DNA of 63,391 nucleotides from an uncultured Cytophagaceae bacterium (GCA_964551015.1 CAZKBP010000003.1:213327-276717), one strand, 5' to 3'. Positions 41,199-51,857 are shown, counted from the stretch's first letter. Notes: generated from the letters alone by a model not told the origin. Made by a program: numbers and translations.

Positions 41199-41852
41199 AT
41201 GTTTCTTAGAAAAGGCATCATTGCCACCAGCGGATTGTTCCTTTGCTTATTTCTCATCGTGCATCTCTCCGCCAATTGCATCCTTTTATTACCCCAAGAT
41301 ATAGCCAAGAGTACCTACAATGCTTACTCGACTTGGCTTCGCGAAAATCCACTCATTCAAGTAATTGCTTACGTGCTGTATTTATCCATTCTCTTGCACG
41401 TAATCTACGCCCTGATCATTACCATCAAAAATAGAAAAGCCAAGCCTAATTCATATGTGCTCAATCATAGCCGAGCCAATAGTACTTGGACTTCTCAGAA
41501 CATGGGCTTTTTAGGCGTGTTGATTCTTCTCTTTATCGTCGTGCATTTGTCTAATTTCTGGGCACGCATCAAATTAGGAATGGGAGCCGAGGTAGGCCAA
41601 GATCAGGCAGGTCATTTGGACGTGTATGCGGTGAGCTACGATCTATTCCAGAATATCTACTTTGTGCTGTTTTACACGATATTGGCGATTCCGCTGGGAT
41701 TTCATCTACATCACGGCCTCAAGAGTGCTTTCAAAACTTTGGGTTTTTACCATCGGAAGGGACTACGGGTACTTGCGCAAATTTCTTTAATTTATGCCGT
41801 TGTTATCTCCGTGGGTTTTGGGGTCATTCCCTTCGTGGTTTATTTCAAATAG
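41199..41852 (+). CDS. sdhC: Succinate dehydrogenase/fumarate reductase cytochrome b subunit (b558 family)
   Basis: 217 aa with 5 TM helices and conserved His residues. It lies immediately upstream of sdhA and sdhB. Confidence 0.75.
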   Translation: MFLRKGIIATSGLFLCLFLIVHLSANCILLLPQDIAKSTYNAYSTWLRENPLIQVIAYVLYLSILLHVIYALIITIKNRKAKPNSYVLNHSRANSTWTSQNMGFLGVLILLFIVVHLSNFWARIKLGMGAEVGQDQAGHLDVYAVSYDLFQNIYFVLFYTILAIPLGFHLHHGLKSAFKTLGFYHRKGLRVLAQISLIYAVVISVGFGVIPFVVYFK

Positions 41853-41861
41853 ATAAAATTT

Positions 41862-43772
41862 ATGAATTTAGATGCAAAAATTCCTGAGGGTAGCCTCGAG
41901 CATAAATGGCGTAACTACCAAACGCATAGCCAACTCATCAACCCTGCCAATAAAAAAAGATTACGAATCATCGTGGTCGGTTCAGGACTAGCCGGAGCCG
42001 GAGCCGCCGCTACCTTGGCCGAACTGGGATACGATGTGCAGTGCTTTTGCTATCAAGATTCGGCTCGAAGGGCACATTCAGTAGCGGCACAAGGCGGAAT
42101 CAACGCGGCCAAGAACTACCAACACGATGGGGATAGCGTGTGGCGGATGTTTTACGATACCCTCAAAGGAGGAGATTTTAGATCCAGAGAGGCCAATGTC
42201 TATCGCTTGGCAGAGCTTTCGGCTCCTCTGATTGACCATTTTACCCAGCAGGGCGTACCCTTTGCCCGAGAGTACGGAGGTGTTTTGGTAAATCGCAGTT
42301 TCGGGGGTGTGCAAGTACAGCGGACCTTCTACGCACGTGGGCAGACGGGTCAGCAATTGCTATTAGCAGCTTACTCACAATTGCGGAAAATGGTGCGTGC
42401 CCAGAAGGTGAAAATGTTTCCTCGGCATGAGATGCTAGATTTGGTATTAGTGAACCATCAAGCCAAGGGAATTATTGCTCGTGATCTGGTGAGTGGCACT
42501 CTGAAGCGTTTTGCGGCGGACGCGGTGGTGCTGGCGACAGGAGGTTATGCGCGTGTCTTTCGTCTGGCTACGCTGGCGATTGGTTGCAATGGGAGTGCCA
42601 TTTGGAAAGCACATAAGAAGGGTGCTTTTTTCGCGGCTCCCAGTTTCACACAAATTCATCCCACGGCACTTCCCCAATCCAGTGAAGCACAATCTAAACT
42701 CACTCTGATGTCAGAATCCTTACGGAATGATGGCCGCATCTGGGTTCCTAAACAAAAAGAAGATGCACGAAAGCCCAAGGACATTCCCGAAGACGAGCGA
42801 GATTACTACTTGGAAAGACGCTATCCTAGCTTTGGGAATCTAGCCCCGAGAGACATTGCATCACGGGCAGCCAAAGAAAGGATTGACGCGGGCTACGGGG
42901 TAGGAAGGCTCAAAAACGCGGTTTACCTAGATTTCCAACATGCCATTCAAGAGCTGGGTCTGGATACGATCCAAGATCGCTATGGGAATCTTTTCAAGAT
43001 GTACCAAAAAATCACCGGGCTGGATGCTTATCAAGAGCCGATGTTGATCTCTCCGGCGGCGCATTTCTCAATGGGAGGCTTATGGGTAGATTACGAGTTG
43101 ATGACCACCATTCCTGGCTTGTATGCGATCGGGGAGTGTAATTTTTCTGATCACGGAGCCAACCGATTAGGAGCCAATTCTTTGCTGCAGGCCAGTGTAG
43201 ATGGCTATTTTATCCTGCCCAATACCATCAATAATTACCTCTCTAGTGTCCTCAAAGAGGAAGCTATCACGACTGAGCATCCTGCTTTTGCTCGAGCAGA
43301 AGAAGAAGTAGAGCAACATATCCAAAAAATACTCTCAGTGCAAGGCCACAAAACAGTGGATCATTTTCATAGAGAATTGGGCAAGGTCATGTGGAAAGAG
43401 TGTGCGATGAGTCGCCATCGTGCTGGGCTCGAGGCGGCTCTCACCCGAATTCAAGACCTCAAAGCAGCCTTTTGGAAAGAAGTCAAAGTAACGGGTAAAG
43501 CCAATGAATTAAACACCGAACTCGAGAAAGCCCTGAGACTGGCAGACTTTCTCGAGCTGGGTGTGCTCATGTGCACCGACGCGCTGCAGCGGGAAGAATC
43601 TTGTGGGGCGCATTTCCGAGAAGAATTCCAGACGGCGGATGGAGAAGCCCTTCGGGTAGATGAAGAATATGCTTATGTCTCCGCTTGGGAATACCAGCAG
43701 GGAACTTTCAAATTACACAAAGAAGCACTTGATTTTGAATTTGTAGAACCGACGGTAAGAAGTTATAAATAA
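41862..43772 (+). CDS. sdhA: Succinate dehydrogenase/fumarate reductase flavoprotein subunit
   Basis: It has FAD-binding [10 protein letters not shown], the covalent-FAD His region [15 protein letters not shown] and the active-site region [11 protein letters not shown]. Confidence 0.9.
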   Translation: MNLDAKIPEGSLEHKWRNYQTHSQLINPANKKRLRIIVVGSGLAGAGAAATLAELGYDVQCFCYQDSARRAHSVAAQGGINAAKNYQHDGDSVWRMFYDTLKGGDFRSREANVYRLAELSAPLIDHFTQQGVPFAREYGGVLVNRSFGGVQVQRTFYARGQTGQQLLLAAYSQLRKMVRAQKVKMFPRHEMLDLVLVNHQAKGIIARDLVSGTLKRFAADAVVLATGGYARVFRLATLAIGCNGSAIWKAHKKGAFFAAPSFTQIHPTALPQSSEAQSKLTLMSESLRNDGRIWVPKQKEDARKPKDIPEDERDYYLERRYPSFGNLAPRDIASRAAKERIDAGYGVGRLKNAVYLDFQHAIQELGLDTIQDRYGNLFKMYQKITGLDAYQEPMLISPAAHFSMGGLWVDYELMTTIPGLYAIGECNFSDHGANRLGANSLLQASVDGYFILPNTINNYLSSVLKEEAITTEHPAFARAEEEVEQHIQKILSVQGHKTVDHFHRELGKVMWKECAMSRHRAGLEAALTRIQDLKAAFWKEVKVTGKANELNTELEKALRLADFLELGVLMCTDALQREESCGAHFREEFQTADGEALRVDEEYAYVSAWEYQQGTFKLHKEALDFEFVEPTVRSYK

Positions 43773-43779
43773 AGAATTC

Positions 43780-44523
43780 ATGAAAGTTACGTTTCGTATC
43801 TGGCGACAAGATTCACCCCAAGATCAAGGGGAGTTAAAAGATTACCAAGTAGATGAACTGACCGAGGATATGTCTTTCCTCGAAGCCTTGGATCATCTTA
43901 ATGAGCAATTGGTTTTGAAAGGCGAAAGCGTAATTGCCTACGAATACGATTGCCGAGAAGGAATTTGTGGGCAGTGTGGTGTTTTTATCAACGGACGAGC
44001 CCATGGGCCTCACGACCATATTACGACTTGCCAGCTACACATGCGGAGCTTCCAAGATGGCGATACCATCGTGGTAGAACCTTGGCGAGCATCGGCTTTC
44101 CCCATTGTCAAAGATTTGATTGTAGATCGTTCCGCCTTGGATAGAATCATAGAGCAGGGAGGCTATATCAGTGCCAAAACCGGTACGGCTCCCGAGGCCA
44201 ATGCGATCTTGATTAGCAAAGAAATCGCTGACCAAGCCATGGACGCGGCGGCTTGCATCGGCTGTGGAGCCTGCGTCGCTACTTGCAAAAATGCCTCAGC
44301 GGCTTTATTTACTTCCGCTAAAATTAACCATTTAAACAGCCTCCCTCAGGGAAAAGTAGAAGCCAAGCAAAGAGTGCTGGACATGACCGCCCAAATGGAA
44401 GCCGAAGGTTTTGGAAGCTGTACCTTCACTGGAGCTTGTGAGGTAGAATGCCCCGAAGCCATTTCCATCGCTAATATTGCCAAAATGAACGCTCGCTACC
44501 TGAAGGCAAAGCTATTTGGTTAG
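43780..44523 (+). CDS. sdhB: Succinate dehydrogenase/fumarate reductase iron-sulfur subunit
   Basis: It has the 2Fe-2S ligands CREGICGQCG and the 4Fe-4S/3Fe-4S clusters CIGCGACVATC and CTFTGACEVECP. Confidence 0.9.
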   Translation: MKVTFRIWRQDSPQDQGELKDYQVDELTEDMSFLEALDHLNEQLVLKGESVIAYEYDCREGICGQCGVFINGRAHGPHDHITTCQLHMRSFQDGDTIVVEPWRASAFPIVKDLIVDRSALDRIIEQGGYISAKTGTAPEANAILISKEIADQAMDAAACIGCGACVATCKNASAALFTSAKINHLNSLPQGKVEAKQRVLDMTAQMEAEGFGSCTFTGACEVECPEAISIANIAKMNARYLKAKLFG

Positions 44524-44716
44524 GAAGGCTTCTGACAGGGAATCAGGACTTTACAGAATTGATAGATGACTTTGAAATAGAGAAATTCTTGCTTTCTAAC
44601 CGGATGGGCACTCACCAGGAGATCGCTGAGGAGATGGGAGGTTTTTGTCTATGAAAGCGGAATGATTAAAGCGATGAGGCTCTTTTTTAGCGATTTGTAT
44701 GTATAGGGTATGCATC

Positions 44717-44754
44717 AAAAAAAGGCACTTATGCGATTTGGTTCATAAGTGCCT
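44717..44754 (-). terminator. Rho-independent terminator directly downstream of tRNA-Arg
   Basis: On the minus strand, an 11-bp perfect stem (AGGCACTTATG / CATAAGTGCCT, + coordinates 44723-44733 and 44744-44754) with a 10-nt loop is followed by UUUUUUU (+ strand A-run 44717-44723). It sits 10 nt after the tRNA 3' end. Confidence 0.7.
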
Positions 44755-44764
44755 GACTATCAAG

Positions 44765-44838
44765 TGACCTCGCCAGGATTCTAACCTGGAACCTTCTGAT
44801 CCGTAGTCAGATGCTCTATACAGTTGAGCTACGAAGCC
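44765..44838 (-). tRNA. tRNA-Arg (anticodon ACG)
   Basis: Reverse complement: GGCTTCGTAGCTCAACTGTATAGAGCATCTGACTACGGATCAGAAGGTTCCAGGTTAGAATCCTGGCGAGGTCA. It folds into a 7-bp acceptor stem, D-arm (GCTC/GAGC), a 5-bp anticodon stem (TCTGA/TCAGA), loop CTACGGA (anticodon ACG) and T-arm (CCAGG/CCTGG). The T-loop reads TTAGAAT, with A rather than the usual C at position 56. Confidence 0.8.
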
Positions 44839-44906
44839 ATTTCCTTTCAATAGGATTGCAAAGTAAACTATAAATCGAGATAAATAAAAGCGTTTTTATA
44901 AAAAAA

Positions 44907-45845
44907 TTAGGATCCCATCAAAAATTTGAGAATAGCCTGATTCACTTCTTCGTATTTCTCGAATTGTACCAAGTGACCTGCCTCTGAGATCATTTTCATT
45001 TGTGCCTTGGGCATCTTTGCTACGGCTTGTTGGGCTAGTTTCTCAGTCGTGGTGGAGTTGTTAAAATAGCGGTTAGGGATGAGCGCATCTTCTTCCCCGA
45101 ATAAAATCAAAACAGGCAAAACGATATCCCCCAGACGATCAAACACGGGTTCAGCGAGCATTCCCGATACCGATTTGGAAACCGCCGTCGCGTAAGTATC
45201 AAAATCTCGAGCTTGTCTCATATTGATCCGATCCTCTACCATAAATTTAGCTTCCTCCGGTGTTTGATAAAAGCCCTGCGCCAGATTTGCCTTGATTTTG
45301 GTTTCGGAAGTATTGCGGATGTGTTCTGGAGAAGTAAAATTCTTGAGGAGCTCTGCTTGATCTGCCGAAAAAGTTTCTAAACCCGCTGGCGCGACCAAAA
45401 TCAATCGTTTCAAGAACTCGGGCTTTTCCAAAGCAAGGGTCATCGCAATTTGTCCGCCCATGGAGTGCCCTACCAAATTTACCGATTGTAGGTCCAGCTT
45501 TTCAATAAAATTGATCAGTACTGTGCTATAAAAACTCATGTCATAGGCATAATCTCCCTTGGAAGATAGCCCATAGCCCGGTAAGTCTAGCGCGATACAA
45601 CGAAACTGCTTGCTAAGACTATCTAGATTGGGTTGCCAAACCCTTAGGTAGCTGCCCAAGCCGTGTACAAAGAGCAAAGTTTCGGCTCCATTCCCTTTTT
45701 CTACGTAAGCAAGGTTAATATCACCTTCCAGTTTAGCTCGTTTTACCTCGTATGGATACACTAGTTGCGAATCCTGTGCAACTAAGCCACGAGCCACAAA
45801 CAGTATGAAGATCAGACCTAAATATTTCACGTGTAAAAATTTCAT
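44907..45845 (-). CDS. Secreted alpha/beta hydrolase
   Basis: It has a signal peptide, the nucleophile elbow GHSMGG and the HGLGSY region. The start was moved to ATG 45845 because the track start is GTG. Confidence 0.8.
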   Translation of the reverse strand: MKFLHVKYLGLIFILFVARGLVAQDSQLVYPYEVKRAKLEGDINLAYVEKGNGAETLLFVHGLGSYLRVWQPNLDSLSKQFRCIALDLPGYGLSSKGDYAYDMSFYSTVLINFIEKLDLQSVNLVGHSMGGQIAMTLALEKPEFLKRLILVAPAGLETFSADQAELLKNFTSPEHIRNTSETKIKANLAQGFYQTPEEAKFMVEDRINMRQARDFDTYATAVSKSVSGMLAEPVFDRLGDIVLPVLILFGEEDALIPNRYFNNSTTTEKLAQQAVAKMPKAQMKMISEAGHLVQFEKYEEVNQAILKFLMGS

Positions 45846-45940
45846 AATGTTATGGTGAAACACAAACTCGAGCCTTATATGTTCAAATTTAGTGCCTCTT
45901 CGTCAAAAAATATTTACAGTTGCGTTACGATTAAAGGTAT

Positions 45941-46786
45941 TTATTTATCTGCTCTTAAGAAATTTTCAATCGCTCGGACAATCTGTTGAGCACCCTCTCC
46001 ATAGAGCATCGTCTGATGATTGCCCGCTACCTCCTGATACTGACAATTTTGCATCATATCAACGGTTTCTAGCGCATTTTCTTTGGGTAGAAGGGGAGGG
46101 GCATCTGAGTCTCCATACGAGCCAGTAGCATTTATCAAAAGAGCAGGTTGACTGACTCCGGCAATGTAATCCGCCCAAGGTTCTCCCAGTACCGCATCGG
46201 TGGCTTTGGCAATGTGTTCGGGCTTAGAGCGAGGCAGGACGCTCCCATCCTCGAGTTCTTCTACGTCGGCTCGGTAGTAGCTAAGCATATGATCTTCCCA
46301 AGCATCTTGCAGAAAAGGCATTTGCTTTACCTGCTCTATGTAAGTCTCAAAAGAAGCAATCTTTTTGCCTAAACGACTCAGGGTAGGTTGTAGCATTTCG
46401 CGGGTGTTGGGATGCATCTGTGCCGCTGCATCCATTAAGAGCAGTTTTTGCGCTCGCTCAGGATAATGATAAGCGAGATGCATGGTGATAAAAGCCCCGA
46501 AGGAGTGCCCCCCCATGATCGCTTTTTCTATATGCAAATTGTCCAAAAGTCCAATAATATCCTGAGTGTGAGCCATCATGCTATAATCCTCAGGCTGACT
46601 ACTCAGGCCACGACCTCTCAGGTCTACACTGATTACACGAAATTTGGGGCTAAGCCCTGCTTGGATGAGTCCGTCAAAAGCGTGGGCATTAGCCGTAAGC
46701 CCATGACTGAGTAAAATGGTCGGCCCCTCACCCGCAAACTCCAAGTAATGAAGGCGAATGCCGTTAATTTCTATATACTTGTCCAT
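45941..46786 (-). CDS. Alpha/beta hydrolase
   Basis: It has the HG oxyanion region (LLSHGLTANAHAF) and the nucleophile elbow GGHSFGA. Length is 281 aa. Confidence 0.8.
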   Translation of the reverse strand: MDKYIEINGIRLHYLEFAGEGPTILLSHGLTANAHAFDGLIQAGLSPKFRVISVDLRGRGLSSQPEDYSMMAHTQDIIGLLDNLHIEKAIMGGHSFGAFITMHLAYHYPERAQKLLLMDAAAQMHPNTREMLQPTLSRLGKKIASFETYIEQVKQMPFLQDAWEDHMLSYYRADVEELEDGSVLPRSKPEHIAKATDAVLGEPWADYIAGVSQPALLINATGSYGDSDAPPLLPKENALETVDMMQNCQYQEVAGNHQTMLYGEGAQQIVRAIENFLRADK

Positions 46787-46889
46787 ATTTGCTAAAATTT
46801 CATGAACCTAGTTTAAGGATTCTGTCTCAAAGGAAACAGGACTTGGCCAGATTACAAAATTTTTTAGAAAATATAAAAGAAAAGCCCCA

Positions 46890-47336
<447 letters not shown>

Positions 47337-47380
47337 TCAACTGAATGCTGATTACGAAGAGCGGATTGCTCACGGCCAAT

Positions 47381-48352
47381 TCAATTCTGCTTATTCCGAT
47401 AAAAAGCCGCTAGAATTTCTTGGCGGGTTGTATTTTTTAGTGTTTTCTGCTGGCGATCTTGGATTTGAATGATGGGTGGCTTTTCTTGCTGATGAGATTG
47501 AGCAGCATTTTCCAAGACCATAAGCAGGTCGGTTTCGGTCTGAAAAGGTAAAACTGGGTGGTCGGCAATTTCGTGAGAAGTAAGCGTGGGAAGAATATCT
47601 TCCAGCGTCATCACTTTGAGTTCTAACTGAAAGCGTTGTGAATCGAAAAAATCAGCCACAAATTGATTTTGGGGGGAAAAGATTAATTCAGCGGGTGTGC
47701 CCAATTGTTGAATTTGCCCTTGATCCATCAAGCAGATCATATCTCCTAGTTCTACCGCTTCAAATACATCGTGGGTAACCATTAGAATGGTTTTTTCTTG
47801 AATACCTTCTAGATGGTCAAATTCATCACGAATCTGGCTCCGAGTAATGGGGTCAAGCGCGCCAAAAGGCTCATCCATAAGCATGAGCGGTGGATCTACA
47901 GCCAAGGCACGGGCAATCCCTATCCGTTGTTTCTGTCCGCCACTAAGCTCGCGGGGATAGCGATTTTTGAAATCACCAGTGGGGAGGCCCATCATAGCGA
48001 GTAGTTCGTCAATGCGCTGGCTAATCTTGGATTTTTCCCAATGCAATAACTGAGGCACAATGGCAATATTTTGCCCTACGGTGTAATGTGGAAAAAGTCC
48101 TGAGTTTTGGATCACATAGCCAATCTTTTGTCGAAGTTTCTCAGGAGATTGTTGCATGACATTTTCGCCGTTAATATAAACCTCGCCAGAGGTCGGTTCT
48201 ATCAAGCGATTAATCATCTTCAGGGTCGTTGTTTTGCCACTACCACTGGTGCCAAGCAGAATGAGCTTCTGTCCTTTCTCCAGAGCAAAAGAGGCTTGAT
48301 CTACGGCGGTAAAGTCCCCAAATTTCTTAGTCAAATTTTTAATTTGGATCAT
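47381..48352 (-). CDS. ABC transporter ATP-binding protein of the compatible-solute (ProV/OpuC/OsmV) type with one C-terminal CBS-like domain. No cognate permease is encoded nearby
   Basis: Walker A is GTSGSGKTT. NRLIEPTSGEVYINGENV is a hallmark of OpuA/OpuC-class ATPases. The signature motif is LSGGQKQRIGIARAL and Walker B is LMLMDEPFGALD. The C-terminal ~85 aa look like a CBS domain. Confidence 0.85.
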   Translation of the reverse strand: MIQIKNLTKKFGDFTAVDQASFALEKGQKLILLGTSGSGKTTTLKMINRLIEPTSGEVYINGENVMQQSPEKLRQKIGYVIQNSGLFPHYTVGQNIAIVPQLLHWEKSKISQRIDELLAMMGLPTGDFKNRYPRELSGGQKQRIGIARALAVDPPLMLMDEPFGALDPITRSQIRDEFDHLEGIQEKTILMVTHDVFEAVELGDMICLMDQGQIQQLGTPAELIFSPQNQFVADFFDSQRFQLELKVMTLEDILPTLTSHEIADHPVLPFQTETDLLMVLENAAQSHQQEKPPIIQIQDRQQKTLKNTTRQEILAAFYRNKQN

Positions 48353-48409
48353 GGTAAAATGGCTTGTCGTTGTGGGTGATTGCTTACTCGATTCTGCGGA
48401 GTCTGGCGA

Positions 48410-49576
48410 TTATTTTTTCACACGGAGTAGGACGGATAAATGCTGTCCACAACCTAAGCCCTGCTGTAATTCAAATTCCAAACTTCTGAGAATGTATGCA
48501 ATATGAGGTTCAATTAGATTTGCTCTGGGATCACCGTAAGCAATCCACTCGTTGTCTCTGATCAAACGATCGAGCGTGAGAAGGCCAAATTGTAAAATGG
48601 GAGGAAAGCTCGCCCAGTCTTTCAGGTCGTGGGGAGCAATGGGAGCTTGCAGTCTTTTTTGGGCATATTTGATCATCAAATTCCAACTATTCAATAATTG
48701 GCTCAGAAAAGACTCTACTTGGGCGTGTGAAGTGTCGGGAAAAATTTCGGGCTTGAGAATCAATTTGCTCAAGTCAGTACGTACAAAAGGCTCTAACAAG
48801 CTGTTTACTGACTGGCGAATATGTTTAAAGAAATTGCCATAAGCGCGCTGGTCCTCAGGACAAGCAACTAAAATAGAACGATCTACCTGTCGGAGAATTT
48901 CTAGATTTGCATCCAAATCACGAGATAATTCACCAACCAAATGAGCGATTTCTTCCCCACTCCAATCATAGCCCTCGGGGGCATCGGCCATAAAACTATT
49001 CAAAATAGAATATTTGCCTTTGACATCCAATACAATCAAGCTATGCGGATGCGCGTGCTCACAAATATCTTTGAGGAGATCATATAGTTCCTGTGGGGTC
49101 AAGCGAGAAAGTGCCCCCCAGGCAGAAAAATACACGTCAAAGGGGGCTTCTAATTCTTTGAACATACCCAATCCTTCGTGATAATCGGCCTTGATAAAGC
49201 GAACCCGTTTTTGGTCTTTGTGTAGTTCATTGGCGCTTTCTACCAGATCTAAATCCTGCTCCAAGCCAAGATACAGCTCTATCATTTCTTCGGGGAGAAG
49301 ATAAGAAGGTTCTAGGGATAGTTCAGAGGCATCTTGGCGAATACGGCTGATTATGCCGTAATTTTGCCCATAAGACGAACCAATCTCGAGGATACGGATA
49401 CCTTGTCGCTTTTTTTGCTTGCGTTGGACTAACTTTTTGAGGAAAGGACGCAGTGTAAACTGAATGAGTTCGCTTTCCCAACGCGTGCGAACCGCGTCCC
49501 GTGCGGGCTTTGACTCGGTAGCGGGAGTGGCTAATCCCTGCCAGTCGTAAAAAATCGCTTGCCTCAATTCTCCCAT
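48410..49576 (-). CDS. Hypothetical protein with class I SAM-methyltransferase-like, possibly EgtD/Methyltransf_33-like, features
   Basis: 388 aa. FYD lies near the N-terminus (QAIFYDWQG, compare EgtD WFYDAVGS). IRILEIGSSYG compares with EgtD LVELGSGTS. VYFSAWGALSRLTPQE compares with VVFLGSTIGNLTPAP, and HPHSLIVLDV with QPGDSLLLGTDL. The similarity is remote and the comparison EgtD segments are quoted from memory. Confidence 0.35.
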   Translation of the reverse strand: MGELRQAIFYDWQGLATPATESKPARDAVRTRWESELIQFTLRPFLKKLVQRKQKKRQGIRILEIGSSYGQNYGIISRIRQDASELSLEPSYLLPEEMIELYLGLEQDLDLVESANELHKDQKRVRFIKADYHEGLGMFKELEAPFDVYFSAWGALSRLTPQELYDLLKDICEHAHPHSLIVLDVKGKYSILNSFMADAPEGYDWSGEEIAHLVGELSRDLDANLEILRQVDRSILVACPEDQRAYGNFFKHIRQSVNSLLEPFVRTDLSKLILKPEIFPDTSHAQVESFLSQLLNSWNLMIKYAQKRLQAPIAPHDLKDWASFPPILQFGLLTLDRLIRDNEWIAYGDPRANLIEPHIAYILRSLEFELQQGLGCGQHLSVLLRVKK

Positions 49577-50010
49577 AGTAGAGTAATTTGTTTTAATATT
49601 TGAGTCCCGGTGCTACAGGCATTGGACGCCATTGCTTCTGGCTTTTATCTAAAAAAGGCGTAGTTATCCTGAATTTTGTTTCTATACTTCAAACTAAATA
49701 CCTAAAACTTTAATAATCAAATTTTTAGCTAAAAATTTAAAGCAAAACACGAAATTAATTTTGGAAGTAAGGCCAAAAAGCAAATCAGGCTTTTGTCAAA
49801 CGAATTATTTGAAATATAAGGACTTATAACTTGATTATATTGAGAAATAATCCCTATCCAGCAAATAACCAAAATGACGAAAGCTCTCAAAAAATCCACA
49901 TCAACCATGCCAAAAATAGTGGAATGCTTGCTTTTATTAACAAAACCCACGGTGCCTCCAAAACCCAGTGGGTAGGGAGCCATGCGGCTAAGCACGGTAG
50001 CAAAGCCACC

Positions 50011-51234
50011 TCAAACTTGCACGGGCAGCACCTGCTTAAACATACTTATAAACCCTGATTTGATTAACTTCGGGTGGTAATTCTCTTCGTAGCACAGACG
50101 TGCATTTTGGGACATTTCTTGATAGGCTTCGGGCGACATTCGGTAAATCTCTTGAAGTGCCTCTCTGGCTTCTTCTACATGACGAACCACAAAGCCTGCA
50201 CCATAGGCACTTACCTGCTCGTGAATGGGCACTTTATCGGTGATAATAATAGGCTTAGAAAAAGAGAGTGCTTCCACGATGCTCAATCCAAAACCCTCGT
50301 AGCGAGAGAGTTGCATATAGACATAAGCTTCACTCAGGTATTGATGCTTGTCTTCATCAGAGACCTTACCCGTCAAGATTACATCCTGACCAATTTCTAG
50401 CCCCGCCTGATTGCAAAGCTGCCTTACCTGTCTTTGTTTTTGCTCGGAAGCATTGCCCAGCATGTACAAGGGAAATCGAGAAGAGGTTTTATCATAAAAA
50501 CTTCTCAAAGCTTTGATCTGTAAGTCGATACCTTTTTGGTAAATATCAAATCTTCCTACAAAGCAAATGTATTTTTTAGGGTCAGGAGTATGCTGTGTAG
50601 GAGCATAATCATTCACAAAATTAGTTACTGTCATCACCTGATTGTGGCTATAACGTTGAATATATTCGGCTCCTTCTTCGGTGATGGCGTGTATGAGCTT
50701 GGCTTGGTCTAAAAGGCGTTTTTCCAGAGTTTTAAGAAAAAACAATTTCAGAAGATAATTTTTTCTCAAGCTCTCAGGGCTGTAAGAATCGTGAGGCGTA
50801 AAAACATAAGGAATGTTGCGCTTATGGAGCGACTGTGCCAGATGGTAGTTAGCCAGATTGAACATACTATGCAGGTGAAAAATACTATTCTCCTGTGAGG
50901 GTAGCTCATCTAACCAGCGATAAAAGGTGTTAGGCAAGTACCATCCTTTCAGGTGCATTTTACCAAAAAGATGTACATCAATATTTTCTTCTTCTTTCAC
51001 TACCTGATAGTCTTGGGCATCCTCCAAGGCAAAGTTGATAAAGTGAATATGTACCTGATCTTTGAGAAGTTGTGCTAGCTGGTACAAGTACTCTCTCACG
51101 CCACAGCCTGATTCAGCTTGGTACACTCCAAATTGATAGAGATGGATTGTAGGCATCTTGGACGGCGTTTGCTGGTATCTTAGATCTAAAATGGTAGTCT
51201 TTCCGGCTAGTAAAGGATTGTGTGAGTAAACCAT
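50011..51234 (-). CDS. Glycosyltransferase family 4 (GT-B)
   Basis: The C-terminal GT-B domain has EGFGLSIVEALSFSKPII (the EX7E region) and an upstream FVGRFDIYQKGIDL. Confidence 0.8.
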   Translation of the reverse strand: MVYSHNPLLAGKTTILDLRYQQTPSKMPTIHLYQFGVYQAESGCGVREYLYQLAQLLKDQVHIHFINFALEDAQDYQVVKEEENIDVHLFGKMHLKGWYLPNTFYRWLDELPSQENSIFHLHSMFNLANYHLAQSLHKRNIPYVFTPHDSYSPESLRKNYLLKLFFLKTLEKRLLDQAKLIHAITEEGAEYIQRYSHNQVMTVTNFVNDYAPTQHTPDPKKYICFVGRFDIYQKGIDLQIKALRSFYDKTSSRFPLYMLGNASEQKQRQVRQLCNQAGLEIGQDVILTGKVSDEDKHQYLSEAYVYMQLSRYEGFGLSIVEALSFSKPIIITDKVPIHEQVSAYGAGFVVRHVEEAREALQEIYRMSPEAYQEMSQNARLCYEENYHPKLIKSGFISMFKQVLPVQV

Positions 51235-51857
51235 GATTGTTGTTAGTGCAATATACTAGATTAGTTTTTTAATGGCTTGTCCAAACTAAATCGTCTGCTC
51301 GAGGCAATATCCTATCCAAAAACCTGCTTTTAGGCTTTCTTGATACATATTGACCGGGAGCTTGTCTCAAAAAAAGATAGTAAAGACAAGTGATATTGCT
51401 ATTATGGAAAGAATCCTTATTTTGGTGAAATCGTGTCTCAGGATTTTAAAATTGCATTCTCTGATACTTACGTATAAGTAGCGTTCAGAGATAAATTTTG
51501 AGATGAGAAAATGCTAGATGAAGGATTTTATTTCTTGGGTAAAACTAACTCGTCTCCTACAAAAGGATACATTGGTTAGAACGCAAAGCTGGAAGTTTGG
51601 TTCGAGATACTTAGGAAGGGGAAGATAGTTTACCCTCTATTCTACAAAAATGGTACGGATGATTGATTTCCCTTCTTGTTTTCTTACAAGGAGAGAAAGC
51701 TTTTCTAAGAATTTAGTCTCATTTTGAGATGAGCTCTGAGTTTTTCAAGGGGATATCTCCCAAAGAGAGACGTTTTCCAAATGATCTTAACTCGGCAAGG
51801 CTGTGATTTCACATAAAAACCCAGTAGATTATCACATCCACTAAGTTTTTTTTAGAA

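Noticed and set aside
49729-50058. ORFs 49729..49995 (-) and 49831..50058 (+) in the AT-rich gap upstream of the methyltransferase-like gene
   Set aside because: They overlap each other on opposite strands and lie in a 430-bp AT-rich intergenic stretch. Composition is low-complexity and no motifs are present. They are most likely non-coding promoter DNA.
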